A stretch of 61,536 bases of DNA, counting the filler, from Circinaria calcarea (Eukaryota): assembly GCA_051942165.1 (NCBI GenBank). It is 10 parts of 10 records of this genome, joined end to end, with 100 filler letters (N's around TTAATTAATTAA, not from the genome) between each part and the next. Parts side by side here need not be neighbours in the genome. Positions count along the whole stretch, not along the records: positions 12,352 to 18,425 come from JAVECS010001682.1; positions 18,526 to 24,596 come from JAVECS010001683.1; positions 24,697 to 30,756 come from JAVECS010001684.1; 7 more parts are not named here. The stretch is one strand, 5' to 3'. A program made the position numbers and the translations under genes. Position 1 is the first letter of the stretch, and every line of letters starts with the position of its first letter. Below the pieces are notes generated by a model. That model saw only the letters and a list, made by a program, of their open reading frames with translations. It made no database searches and was not told the DNA's origin. Below are positions 12,719 through 25,159 of the stretch, piece by piece.

Positions 12719-15700
12719 ATTGTGGAGGTGAGGGAGACGAAGGGCCGTCTAAGAAGCTTCTCAAGAGGGTCTTATGGGTAACTCTAGAGTATACGACAGC
12801 TTCGGATATGATTGAACATGGGCAACGGAAATGACAGGATGCGCCCTTTGCGAGCAGTCGGGAAGACCATCTTTCAGCACCCAACGAAGCCTTCTGACAA
12901 TCTGGCAAGATGATAGGGCTAGCCTTACCATATGCTCGCGTGAAGGGCAAGCGCGAGCCGCATCCCATCTGGAGCAGCTTCAGCTTCGTCCACAGGAAAT
13001 ACATGCAATTCAATACAATGTTTGAAGTAACGCTTACTACCATCGCTCTGTGTCTGGGTCATACCGATCTCTATACTCTCAGCCACTCTGTTTATGAATC
13101 TATCCTGTTCGAGTTGCAGGCCCGAAGTTTCCCCTGAGTAATTTCATAGTCAGAAGAGACGTTTGAATTCAATCCTCGACTTGGTTCCCTTCTTGTCTTA
13201 TGCCTCGGGAATCTCCCTTCCTTTACCTCTCGGAGCATTTTGTTGTGCAGAAAAGCAAAAATAATGTTGAAGCACCGCTACCTTTGCATTCAAACATCTG
13301 TCGGTTTTCTCTGTACTCCATACATAATTCAGTTCGATCATGTACATTCAGAAGAGCATATCCCAGGACATCACTTGTACCCGTAAATTCCCGTGTATGT
13401 CTATTAGAAACAGTCACTTAGGCTGAAAAGCTAGTTTTACATCTACTCTTGACCTTTACAAGCGCTCAAAGATCTATACTTACTAGGAAACCGACGCTTC
13501 GGCGCCTATGCCCTCATCCGCTTCTGGCGTCCCACACTCGAAACCAGAATTTCCGCCGTTCAGAATCTCCCCCGCATTATTCTCCGCCAAGGCATTGCCG
13601 AACATCTCACGTTGAAATAAAGTATACAGCTCACCAACAGCCGCCTGGGATGTCTAGGTAGAAGAGAAGGAGAGGCCGAGGCATCCACGACTCCGAGTCC
13701 GCCAACCCCTATCATCCTTGCCTGGAAGTCCACACCGGCCATTTCGTCCTCATGCCGGTTCCATTAACACATCACAGACGCATATCTCGAGCGACTTTTG
13801 CTTAATGTAGGTTAGAATCTGTTCGGGTGTGGGAACGTTGCCCCAGAGCCGTGCCTTCCTCGCCTGCGAGGATCGGCATCACGTATGCGTCAAGGTTATA
13901 GTGGAGATGTGAACCATCGGGCTTGTTGGAGCACATATATCAATCGAGGTTCCACAGCTGAAGGAGATCAGCCCTAGACTAGCCCCAGGCCCAGATTAGG
14001 ACCTAGGCAAGCTTTGAACGGAGTTTCCAGCTGTAGCAGCTTGGAGACCCCGGCGAAGTATGCCAGTTCATCCATCCCAACTATAGCTGATTCAGTTCCA
14101 TAATAATTGCAACATAGTAGTGTGTATTTATTTCATTAACGCTCGCCAAACCCCCTGACGATCCTCGTCAGACTCTGCAAATGGGTTATCCGCCTGGTAC
14201 AGTCGGTTTTTGGACAACAAGACTGTGATCCTCGGTATCGACTTGGAGTTCCTCATGCTAGCTGATGCTCTGAGCCGTGAAATAGGCTTGGCCCCGTGTG
14301 TTCGGAGTCACGGCCAATAACTGAAGTCGGACAGCATTGTACATTGCAAAGGTAAATTAATGATGATGCAATCGGCTGAGAGCTCCGTGGCTGTTTGTTA
14401 CCGGCTCGCGTAGAATATTACTTCCGACTACCATACTCCGTACGAGTATTCCGTCGGGCCGACTCGGCTTTGAGCCAATCAACTACCAGTAGCTTCAAGA
14501 CTGCGGTCGTACGGCATTCTAACACGTGAGAAGAAATTCGGAAAGATGACTCCAGAAGAATGAGGACCACCTCGACGACCACTGCAAACACAGTACTCGC
14601 AGGTGATATACATTGTACCAACCGGCGTGAACCCAATGTGAGTGTTCTTCTTATTTATATTGTGTGTGTCGGTAACGACGAGGTGTCGAGAACGAAAAAG
14701 AGTATGTCGTCGTGATGCACTTACCTTGTCCTTTCCCCGCCCCTCGCGGTATTCATTGCATGTACCAATCTTTTACTCTACGGGTCCGTACCTATCATTA
14801 CTTCGACAAAGAATCTACTACCCCAGTTGGGTAAGTACCTCACCTTCCGCAAAGTCCTCCCGCTTTTTAATGGCCTTTGCGCAAATTTATTGTTTGGTGC
14901 GGGTTATCTATCGTGCATTAAGCGTCATGCACGATGCTGACAAGTTTGCTACATTTCACTGTACCTTATGTATGCCGTATATTGCATGCAGCCTAAGCTC
15001 AACATATAGCCGTGGCAGGCCTACCGCCAACCTCGAGCCCCCCTCTCGATCATCTACGGTTCCTACTGCCTTTTCTTTGTTGGGTCAATTACCTTGGCAC
15101 TTCGTATTCGCCATGGAGGGTGGCTAGATCAGCACAAATCCCGCATCTTCTGTCGAAGGCTCCTATGGCTAAGTTGTCTACACTTCCTGACTGTCTGTGT
15201 CTAGTTCATGGGTTTTCCCGTTGATGTTTAGATGGATGGAAAGTTGATAGCAGTTCTTCTCTCGTTTATGCTGGAAACTTCGGATTCACACCAAATTGCT
15301 TTCTTGCTTGTTGCCTGGCCCCGAATTCCTATCGTCGACTCGACTTGTCGTCCTGTATCTGGTCCACTGTCAGCCTGACGTACGAGGTCGACGTTCGCTA
15401 GCCGTCCCCTGCTCTACTTTCAATGGATGCGAGCGGATTGGCGACAGGGATCAAGTTGAATGGCATTGGCGTCGGCAGAATGATGCAGTACGAACCATGT
15501 CCATGATTGTACCTTATGAAATCGCAAAATTGAGGCTAGAGGAGGGGAGTCTTGGTAGCACGCTGCAGACTGACACTGCTGCAATGGCTGCCCATACTCT
15601 TATAGTCTGCTCATCCTTTTACTCTGATCTCATCTCAGAAGACCTTTTGTTTGGTCCCGGGTGCTTGCTTACACCGCGAGAATTCCTTCGCTACGGTTCT

Positions 15701-15801
15701 TGTGTTATTTACTCTCGTTCAGCATTTATACCAGGGGATCTCTCCAGATATCATTCACCTTTATTGCTCGTGTGAAGCCTTGCCCAAAGGACTAAGTCAA
15801 C

Positions 15802-17907
15802 ATGCTTAAAACCACTCTCGCTTTGTTAGCTGTTGTTGGATCCGTCGCTGCTGGCGACGTGCTGCCGAGGTGGCATACCACATCAACACCCTCATGGAAC
15901 ACAACGAGGTATTTTGTACCTCGGTAGATTGTTTACGTTTGCTGAAGCATGTAGCACCTACTCTTGGCCGGGGACTACTGTCACTATCTATACCACTGCC
16001 ACAGTATTACACACACCGAGCTCTAAAAGCCACAAAACGGCTTATACGTCGTCTGTGCCGTCTTACACTACGGGAAGCTCCAAGAAGTCCATGAGCCACC
16101 CTACCGTGTACTCCTCGTCTTCGAAATCCTACAGTCGGAAAAGTTCCAAGAGCTCATCTTCATCATCTGCTTACACCACCAAGACCTCGAAAAGTTACCA
16201 GACTGCTTATTCATCGTCGACATCGTCATACCCTACGATGAGCTCCAAGAGCCTCTCAACCGGTTACTCCTCCTCGTCGTCCTCTAAGAAGACGTCAAAG
16301 AGTCAACCGACCACTTATACATCTTACACGACTATATACATTACAGAGAGCTTTACGAGTCTTCACACTATATATACGTCCTCGTCGTCGTCATATTCCA
16401 AGAAGAGTTCAAAGAGTCTTCCCACCATTTACACTTCTTCCTCATCGTCATACACTACGGAAACCTCTAAAACCTCTCCCACCATATACACATCCTCCTC
16501 GTCAATCTCGTACACTAAGAAAACCAAGTCGTTTTCGACTTACTGGAATAGCACTACGATCCCCTCCATTCCGCCTACTAAGTCTCATGGAACAGGGGTA
16601 AGACCTACATACAACCTTAAGCTTTCAAAGGCCGCATGTCAGTCTGAATGCTCATAAGTTCACACAGACATCTGTACCCCCCGACACCACTACTTTGACA
16701 GTCTCTACCTTCACCCCAACAAGCAAAATGACGGTATCAACAGTCACTGTGACATTGCCTACGACAGTTACCAGCAAAATCTACACTACCGTCACAAAAT
16801 CAGAAAAGGTAATGTCTCACCTTGCGGAGCCAAGTTTACTTGACTTCTAACTTGAGTGTCAGACAACCACCACAACCAGTACAACTAAAACTCGCCCGAC
16901 GGAGAAGACCACCACCGAAACCAGTACAACTAAAACTCGCCCGACGGAGAAGACCACCACCGAAACTAGTACAACTAAAACTCGCCCGACGGAGAAGACC
17001 ACCACCGAAACTAGTATAACTAAGACTCGCCCGACGCAGAAGACCACCACCGAAACTAGTACAACTAAGACTCGCCCAACAGAGAAGACCACTACTGAAA
17101 CTAGTACAACTCAGACTCGCCCGACGGAGAAGACCACTACTGAAACCAGTACAACTAAGACTCGCCCAACAGAGAAGACCACCACCGAAACCAGCACAAC
17201 TAAAACTCGCCAAACGGAGAAGACAACCACCACATTGTCAACCACGAGCTCAGCCACTGCTACTACGGTCTATTCCACCAAGACCCTTACTATTACGGAA
17301 CGTCCATGTCAGTCTTCTGTTTCGTTCAAACTGCTTCCAAAATACTTTACTGACCATCTCAGCTACCAAGTTTACCTACACTACTGGATCCCAAACAATG
17401 ACGAGCTCAGTGACACTGACCAAAACGCGCGTTATCACCACTATAATCTCCTCTATCATTTCTATTCCCTCAACACCGTCTACACCTTCATCCCCAAGTT
17501 TGCCGCCGACCACCATGTCGTCGTCGATTACAACAACATTTGTCAGCGAAATGACTGACGGTCAACCCATCATTCCGCCTACAAGTCTGCCTACCGTCAC
17601 CATTATATCCCAACCCAGCAGTAGCCAGCCCCCAGTTCCCGGACCTTCATCCTCGGAGGTGCTAACAACATTAATCCCCCCTACAACACCAGTACCTTCA
17701 ACCACGCTACTACCTTCAACGACAGTCCCAGGCATCTCCCAAATCTCAGATGGCCAGCCGCAGGTTCCGGGAACTACTTCGCCGGTGTCGCCGCCTACAA
17801 CGACGGCGCCGGTACCTTTTACCGGTGCTGCAAGTTTGCCGAGCTGGGATTGGGCGCTAGCGCTGGGGGTTTTGGGCGGGTTAGTCGGAGTGGGAATTCT
17901 AATTTAG
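15802..17907 (+). CDS. Ser/Thr-rich GPI-anchored cell-wall mannoprotein with internal tandem repeats and PIR-like motifs; 5 exons
   Basis: Signal peptide MLKTTLALLAVVGSVAA; very S/T-rich exons joined in frame by GT-AG introns; SQISDGQPQ; C-terminal FTGAA plus hydrophobic tail (GPI signal). Confidence 0.85.
16875..17234 (+). repeat. Coding minisatellite, 8 x 45 bp (TSTTKTRPTEKTTTE)
   Basis: Unit ACYAGTACAACTAARACTCGCCCRACRGAGAAGACCACYACYGAA starts at 16875, 16920, 16965, 17010, 17055, 17100, 17145 and 17190. Confidence 0.97.
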
Positions 17908-18425
17908 GGAACGGGCTCAGAGAAGTGGGGTTGAGGGTGAGAGGAGGGTGGGGTCCGACGTGAGTTCTCTCAAGGGGAGGAGGTTCGTGGAATCGACTGG
18001 CGGAAGGGCCGGAAAGAGGGTAAAAAGCACGGAGGGGTGTAATGGCAAGATATATAACGAAAGTAATGTCTTGTATTTATCCAGGTTTTTTTTTTTTTAA
18101 AAAAAAATTCCAAATTCTTCAATCCAAGTCTAGATTCTGGATTCTGGATTCCCTAATTTCCTGATTTCCGAATCTGGCCCGGGAAAATCGAAATCTACCA
18201 TCATTCCCCTGTGTATATATATGCATAACCCCGCCCCATTTTTCATTCCTCTGCTTTTTACGTAGGAAACCCCAAAGTAATTTATACATTCTAGCCGTAA
18301 TTTCTCCCCCTCCGGTTCCCGGGCTTTGTTCTTTTGAGAATGGGGGAATGGTAAAGGGAAAGGGGGAATGTGGGAATGGGGAATGGGAAAGGGTTTGTTA
18401 TGTTGTGTATGCATGGTTTTTTGGG

Positions 18426-18525
18426 NNNNNNNNNNNNNNNNNNNNNNNNNNNNNNNNNNNNNNNNNNNNTTAATTAATTAANNNNNNNNNNNNNNNNNNN
18501 NNNNNNNNNNNNNNNNNNNNNNNNN
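18426..18525. other. Artificial contig linker
   Basis: N44-TTAATTAATTAA-N44. Confidence 0.99.
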
Positions 18526-19350
18526 AGCGTTAGCGAGCCTTGGCGGGTTGCTTATATTCGCGTGTCCCAGACACCTTCAATCCTTATGTTATTCTAGGTT
18601 TATAGAGCCCACAAATTGCTTTGGTTCTAGGCCTGCTATCTTTGTGAATTGGCTTCACCCTAACAGTATGAATTATTATTAAAGAGTTCTCGTGTAATAT
18701 TTCGCGAGGAAAACCTTTCTCGCTAAGCCAGCATTTTATAACCTCGGTGTATAGTTCTCCCGTAGGGTTCGTAGGGGTTCTCCGGTAGAGCCCTTATAAT
18801 TTCAGAAAGAATTCTAACTTCTTGCGAGAATATGCTATTTCGGAAACACGTAGAAACTTAATATAATATAATTTATAAAAACGTGATATTTTAGATATTT
18901 GCCGTATATTCTATTAATAAGATTATGAGCGAATCAAACGTGAATTGAATTCTTTCAGTCGCGGAGCGCGGGTTGACTGGAGAACTCCATTTAATAATGA
19001 TAAAGGCTTTAATCAGATCATATAGAAATTATTACCGCTAGTGGTATCGTTTTATGATAATATTACGATATAATGGTAATGCGATATAATAGTAATCACA
19101 GCGACCTCCCGAAAACCGCGATAGTGAACTTGGTACTTGGGCCCCAGGCCACGGTTCGTCAGCGCAAAACACTTCTGATAATAATGTATTACTTAGGGGT
19201 AACCCCTTAAATAGGTCAGGCGTTGGCTATGTGGGGTATGAAATAGCATATTTCCAGCTTGTATTGGGATGAAATTGTATGTTTCCGATAACACATAGAT
19301 GGATATGTATTGACAATATCGGAAATTAAGAGAGTTAGAAATCAGCAGTG
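18526..19350. mobile_element. AT/TpA-rich, ORF-free stretch; probable RIP-degraded repeat remnant
   Basis: Visibly higher TpA and lower CpA/TpG content than flanking genes, no ORFs, located at a contig edge. Family not identifiable. Confidence 0.45.
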
Positions 19351-19650
19351 TCGTAATTCTAAATGATGCTCAGTATGGCGTATGGGTCGGTCCAGAGCTC
19401 CGCATGGCGAAGTGGGCATAGGTAAATGTCCTTGAACAGGAGTCCTTCGCCACGGAATTGAAACAAGGACTCAATCTCCCCCATTTATGCATGCATCTAC
19501 ACCGGAGCATCCTATTATCCAAAAGAGGTTGCACTAGAGAGTTGGGCTCAACCATCTCAGCTACCATCCCGTACACGCCCATTGGCTGGGCACACCTTAT
19601 CTGGAAGGATCACATTGATGATACTCGAAATGGTCATTTGGGCTGGGAGA

Positions 19651-20858
19651 TCAGGCTTTCGCTTTTGCATTTTGCTCACTCCTCCTTTCCTTAATCCTAG
19701 CCATCATCGTTGCTCTCCACTTCTCATAATCGGCTCGCCGGCGCGAACTCAGATAGTTGACATTTTCTTGCATCTGATCTCGTCAGCGCCACAGTCTTAA
19801 CGGCCGATAGTAGACATACCATTGTGCCCAAACCTGGTTGAAGTGTGTTCCCGGGGACTTTGGCATCCTGCATGTAGTACGCCCGCGTGAAAGGCAGCTT
19901 AGGCTCAGTCTGTTCTGCCCCATCATCAAGCTGCTGAACCATGTCCACCATGCTGCTAGATATTTCCAAACCCAAACCTCTCGGGACGTTTTGATGCCAG
20001 TCGAGGTCCAGCCAGCCTTCACCATGTAGTTTGGCCAGCCAATCATCCACGTCTTCCACTCTAGCAATTTCCTTCTCTGCCCTGGAGGTCTCCATCCCAT
20101 TCAACAAACATAACGCCTGGTCCGTCTCTTTGATGCGTTCATCATCATTGATCTGTCGTCCTCGTAATAGCATTGCAACAAGCAAATATACGGAGATGAT
20201 CAGGGCGTAAATTCGTGGCTTATTGTTATCCACCGAAGCTAACAACTCTATCTCATCGTGCGAATCATTCGGCGACGGCAGAGTCAATATCGAGGAAACA
20301 CCTGCAAAGACATGAGGTGGAGCCGCTGGAGCATCCATGCCTGAACATAACCGGCGAATGGCTGGCATGATCCATGATGGAACGTCCCTCGGCGCCGTCT
20401 GCCTCGTCGTCCTTGCCTGCCGTCCCAGTCTCGATCCACTATCATAAGGAAGATCGTTTGGTACAGGGTCATGGGTCTTATTTTTAGGAGGTCGGCCTCG
20501 ACGTATTGTCCCTGTGCGGAGGCTAGTATCGAAGTGCCGGTACAGCTTTTGATATATTCGCGGCGGGCAGGGCGGTCGTGGCTGGACCTTAGAAAGATTC
20601 AATGTACGCTTCAATCTGGGGAACACTGTCAACATTTCTGATCCACTGACAACTGAAATCCGGGTCCCGGCTTTACCTTTCACATGCTAGGTGGGCGCAG
20701 ACGTATGACCTGGCAATCTCTTCTTCGGCCTTGAGAGCACTGGCCTGGCTACGAGATTGTGCCAATAGGCATAAGGCGAGCTCGACAAGCGGGGATGGTA
20801 ATGATCCATTATGGCCTGGTATTAGGCAATTGAGGATATCTGCTACTGCCCGGCTCAT
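19651..20858 (-). CDS. ORC6: Origin recognition complex subunit 6; 3 exons
   Basis: LVELALCLLAQSRSQASALKAEEEIARSYVCAHLACERLK, PRPPCPPRIYQKLY, LQPGLGTM|MQENVNYLS..RRADYEKW match filamentous-fungal Orc6. Confidence 0.88.
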
Positions 20859-21264
20859 GGTTGCCTGGAATCGGAAAGCTGGACTTGCGAACTTTGCATA
20901 ACCAGATAGAATACTGCATTCTACACTTAACAACAAGCGACGTGAACCCGACAGACTAGAGGTTCAACACAAGGTCCTCAGCCCTGCCTATAACAAACAC
21001 AATACGGTTTGTAGAAGTGGATGAAACAGTTCCGTCCTCCTAATTTAGGTGGTCAATCCTCTGTTTCTGACCACTGTTCTGCTTGATTTAATTGCGATAT
21101 TGCTGCTATTTTACAACCTAAACCTAACTTAACTCAATTTCTCCGCTTTTCTGTTGCGTCTGACGTTCGATTGCATCCTCGTTTGACTTACTATGGGATG
21201 GATGAACCTTTGCGTACAAGGGAGCAAATCATTATGTACACTCGATCCCAGCTCCGAGATAGAC

Positions 21265-22491
21265 TTAGCCTTCTTCGTCGCTTTTGTCTGTATATATGCC
21301 TTCATCCTCGGTTTCATCCTCATCTTCATCTCGGCTTTTGTCCTGGCTCTCATCACCATCTTCTGTGCCTTCGTCTTCTTGATCACTTCCATTCCCACTT
21401 TCTGTATCCTTTTCTCCATCTTCGTCGTCCTCGCTATTTTCTCCTGATTCTTCTGCACCTGGCCTCGGCCTTTGATACAATCTTCCTGGTTCACCGTAAA
21501 AAGAGACTGCGTGCGCTTTCCCAATGATCTTGAGTAGCTCCAGAGTACCAAATTTTGGATGCGTACCCAGCATTAAAAGCATTGGCAACAGTACCCCCGA
21601 AGGAACATAATGACACCACTGAATTAGTCCAGTCGCGACTCCCGCCCAAGAAGAAACTGCTTCAGCGTCCATTGTACCCGTATGCTGACGGAACTCTATC
21701 GTCGTCTTGAGGGGACCCCTCTGGTCAATCCCCAAGTGGTCTCTGTAGGACTTGCGGGGATCGAGGTTCATAAAATTGTAAGCATCTTGTTTCAACTCAT
21801 GGGGATTCATCAGGTCGAACAGATCATCCTTAGTCCGACAGCTTTCGATACGCAGTAAATTAGCGGCGTGGCCATTCGTAGGAGAAAAAACCACCGACGG
21901 GGGAAGGCAAACGCTACCCTTGTGAACTCTTCTCGAAACTCGATGAAGAGGATGAATTGATTCAATGGCGTGGGAGAAGCCATATACAGCGAGACAAAAG
22001 TTCTTCAATATCTGAAATTGAAAGCCTTGGGTTTGATTGCCAACGTGAACGTGGTAACCTGTGCTCGTATTAACAAGAACTTCGAAAGGTTGAGCTTTGA
22101 TGATCTTGATCACACGCATGATCTCGTCCAAGCTTGCGGAAAGATTCTCGGGAGTACTAGACAGTTTCCGGGAGCTGATCTCCAACGTCGTGAAGCGATA
22201 CTCGGGGTGCAACTTCCGCTCTTCGGCGGCCTTGATACTACTATCATAGCTCATCACCCATTCGGTAGGCTCGGGAAAATTCAGAAAGTCGTTTGTATGG
22301 GATGAATAAATTGGGATGTTAGCATCTCGCAAAGCAAGGAAAATCTGACTTTGAATTATTTCCGAATCATCTTCGAATTCTTTGTTCAGATTGGCATCGC
22401 GAATTTCCGGGGTGATGTAATTTGGATGGTACTTGATGATAAATTCTAACTCAACCCCAAAGGTGAGGTCCAAAGGAGACGCGGAAAGCAT
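21265..22491 (-). CDS. Putative amidoligase (Amidoligase_2 / COOH-NH2 ligase-like) with acidic C-terminal tail; intronless
   Basis: LTFGVELEF, W..SYDSSI, LEISSRKL, VNTSTGYHVHVG, YNF.NL, TIEFRQHTGTMD. Confidence 0.85.
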   Translation of the reverse strand: MLSASPLDLTFGVELEFIIKYHPNYITPEIRDANLNKEFEDDSEIIQSQIFLALRDANIPIYSSHTNDFLNFPEPTEWVMSYDSSIKAAEERKLHPEYRFTTLEISSRKLSSTPENLSASLDEIMRVIKIIKAQPFEVLVNTSTGYHVHVGNQTQGFQFQILKNFCLAVYGFSHAIESIHPLHRVSRRVHKGSVCLPPSVVFSPTNGHAANLLRIESCRTKDDLFDLMNPHELKQDAYNFMNLDPRKSYRDHLGIDQRGPLKTTIEFRQHTGTMDAEAVSSWAGVATGLIQWCHYVPSGVLLPMLLMLGTHPKFGTLELLKIIGKAHAVSFYGEPGRLYQRPRPGAEESGENSEDDEDGEKDTESGNGSDQEDEGTEDGDESQDKSRDEDEDETEDEGIYTDKSDEEG

Positions 22492-23344
22492 GATTTAAGG
22501 ATTGATTTTTGCAGAGCACCAACCAACCATTTTAAGTGGTTGCGGGATATGATATGTTTATATATATATTATTTTTCATTTACCTTTCTTTATATTCTAG
22601 TTATCATCCTTTCTTTGTACTCTGCTCCGAACGCTTTCGCCCCGTACCCCAAGTCTTTGTCGTTCATTAATCACTAGCCTCGCGCGAGCAAAGCCAGGTG
22701 TGCGTCGTCATAACTTTCTCGGCGCCTTGAAACGAAATACAGGCGAATGCATGTTAGTGCCAAGTGATGCAAGTCAAAAGGAGGAGTAGCCCGGACAGTT
22801 TGTTAGCATGCGAGGATATTGAACCTCGGCATAAACATGTAGCAATATTTAGAGTCGCACGCTTACCGCTTGATTTTCAACTCACCGATCATGGCGCTAG
22901 GCCATACTACTGACACTGTAACCATCGGGGCGGCAAGAGCTTGTTGCGGGGACTCGGATGGATCTGATGGTCTTGAGCACCCTGAGTATGGAATTATGCT
23001 CAGATGGATCGGGTTGTTCGGGCACTGGAGCCATCAGAGCCACCTGAGCAAAGCCTATCATAGAGGCACGCTGTTCCGACTCGTTAGAACAGCATGCTTA
23101 TAGGCGTCAATGGAATGACAACAGACCAATCTTATATTCCATGTAAGCGCGCGACTACGGAGTGACTGATACATATCCTCATACCAGTCGAGCGGTTCAA
23201 GCACTCTAAATATTCGACCGAAAAGAGAGAGGATATAAAGTAGGATAAGGGTTGAAATATGAGGTTGAAAGTAATACTCGTTTGTTCCTTCCCTTGCCGG
23301 TATTCTAATGTATATAATGTTGCCAACTAAAGACATTCTTTTCA

Positions 23345-24596
23345 TCAGCCCTTATTTTTGACATCTAGCCTTCCTGCCGGCCAAACCAACTCAATCTTAT
23401 CCCCCTTCACCCTCGAGAAAAACCACTCGTATTTCTCGATCCGATCTTGCACCGCCTCGGCACCTTCCAACACATCCCCTCTTGCCAACTTCTCCACTAC
23501 CAACGCCAACTCCATCTGCGCCAGATTCCGCGCGATACAACTGCGGGCTCCCTTGCCAAACGGTAGCCAATCCCGATTCATCTGTGATGTCGGCTTCAGC
23601 CATCGTTCCGGCAGGAATTCGTGCGGGTTGGGAAAGACATCGTCGTTAAGGTGGAGCTGGTAGGCGGATACGCCGACATTGGTGGAGGCGGGGATGTGAT
23701 GGGTGCCGAACGTCCAGCCCCCGGCGGGGACTTTGCGCGGGAGGCGGATAGAGATTGTCATGGTAAGGCGCAGTGCTTCTTTGACTACTCCAGTGAGGTA
23801 GGGAAGGAGCAGAGGGTCGAAGTTTGCTGTGATGCTGTTGCTGATGATTTCTTGCTTGAGGGTTGCGTATCTGGTGAGGTGATTAGGACGGCTTCTTGGA
23901 GATACGATAGAATGAGTTTGGCTTACTTGTCTGGATTACGGGACAGATACCAGATTAGCTGAGCTAGTGTGTTACCTGTCGAATCAGTTCCGGCGAAGAG
24001 TGCGTCTTTACATTGGGCCATTGTTTCGTCGAGGGTAATGTCCTTGCTTAACAAACGCCCTTCGTAACTACCATCGTCTTTTTCCGCCCCTCCCACCATA
24101 TCTCGGAGGTAGTTGTCTACGCCACTTTCGGAAGATTTTGCTTTTGCATCGGGGTAAAGGTATGGCAGATACTCCTGGATTTTCAGGGTGAGGAACCTAG
24201 GGAGGTAAAATAACCGGCTGTCACTGATAAACATGTCGACGCAAGCCCCGACCGAAACCTCCTGACCATCCTTCGATTCCTCGTCCAAGGAGCCATAGTC
24301 CTTTTGAAAGACGTATGCTGATACTGCGTCTAAGGCGAATGCACGGGTAAGATGCAGTAGATTGACCGGTTTCCCCGTAGAGGCAGCATCCTGTAGCCGC
24401 GTCACGAACTTTTCCGCAGTTTGAGAGATCATATCCGTGGCATTTTTGATAGAACCCATAGAAAAGATGGGGAGGACGGCTTTGACGCGCTGCTCCCGTT
24501 GAGCCAGGAAAAGCGAAGAGAAGATCGAAGCATGGCCGTTGATGTCGAATGTCGTGTAGTATTCTGCTTTCTCGAAACCTCCCTTATTCATGTAGA
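23345..24596 (-). CDS. Cytochrome P450 (5' end truncated)
   Basis: I-helix FAGTDST, EALRL (ExxR), PERW, heme motif FGKGARSCIA. Intron at about 23874-23927. Confidence 0.95.
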
Positions 24597-24696
24597 NNNN
24601 NNNNNNNNNNNNNNNNNNNNNNNNNNNNNNNNNNNNNNNNTTAATTAATTAANNNNNNNNNNNNNNNNNNNNNNNNNNNNNNNNNNNNNNNNNNNN
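24597..24696. other. Artificial contig linker
   Basis: N44-TTAATTAATTAA-N44. Confidence 0.99.
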
Positions 24697-25159
24697 GGTG
24701 GAGGAGGAGGAGGCAAAAAGAAAAAGGGGAAAAAGTAGAAAGGCTGAGCTGGCCTGGGGAAAGAGGCGAAGGGTTCTTCATCGAGCGGACGTCCGGACGG
24801 GTATTACTTGTCTATGGTATGATATAGGGGAGGATTCATTCCGAAGCTACTTGGGCGATTTCGATGCATCATGTGAAAAGGGGTAGTGGAAAGTGTCAAG
24901 AAGCCAGGGATATTTGGGAGTTGTTTTGGAGGGAGGAAGGGGTTGTTCGTTTTACGGTACGCAAAGAGACCTGCAAATGTCAAGGATGGATGGATGAGTC
25001 TGGCGAATATGAACCTGATTGATCTTCGGGTATAAAAGGGGAAATTCAGGAGAAATTTTTCCTCTCTGAATAGTACAGTGCAAGGGTGGTATCTTGAATG
25101 CTTCAAAACGCCTTCCCCAACCAAGTTCAAAAACCTGTCCAATACATCTCCCTTTTTCC

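Noticed and set aside
12719..15801. Many short ORFs between LHS1 and the GPI protein
   Set aside because: No motifs or coherent exon chain; treated as divergent intergenic DNA.
16822..17213. Arg/Pro-rich and Val-rich repeat ORFs in the ORF track
   Set aside because: Alternative frames of the 45-bp Thr-rich coding repeat.
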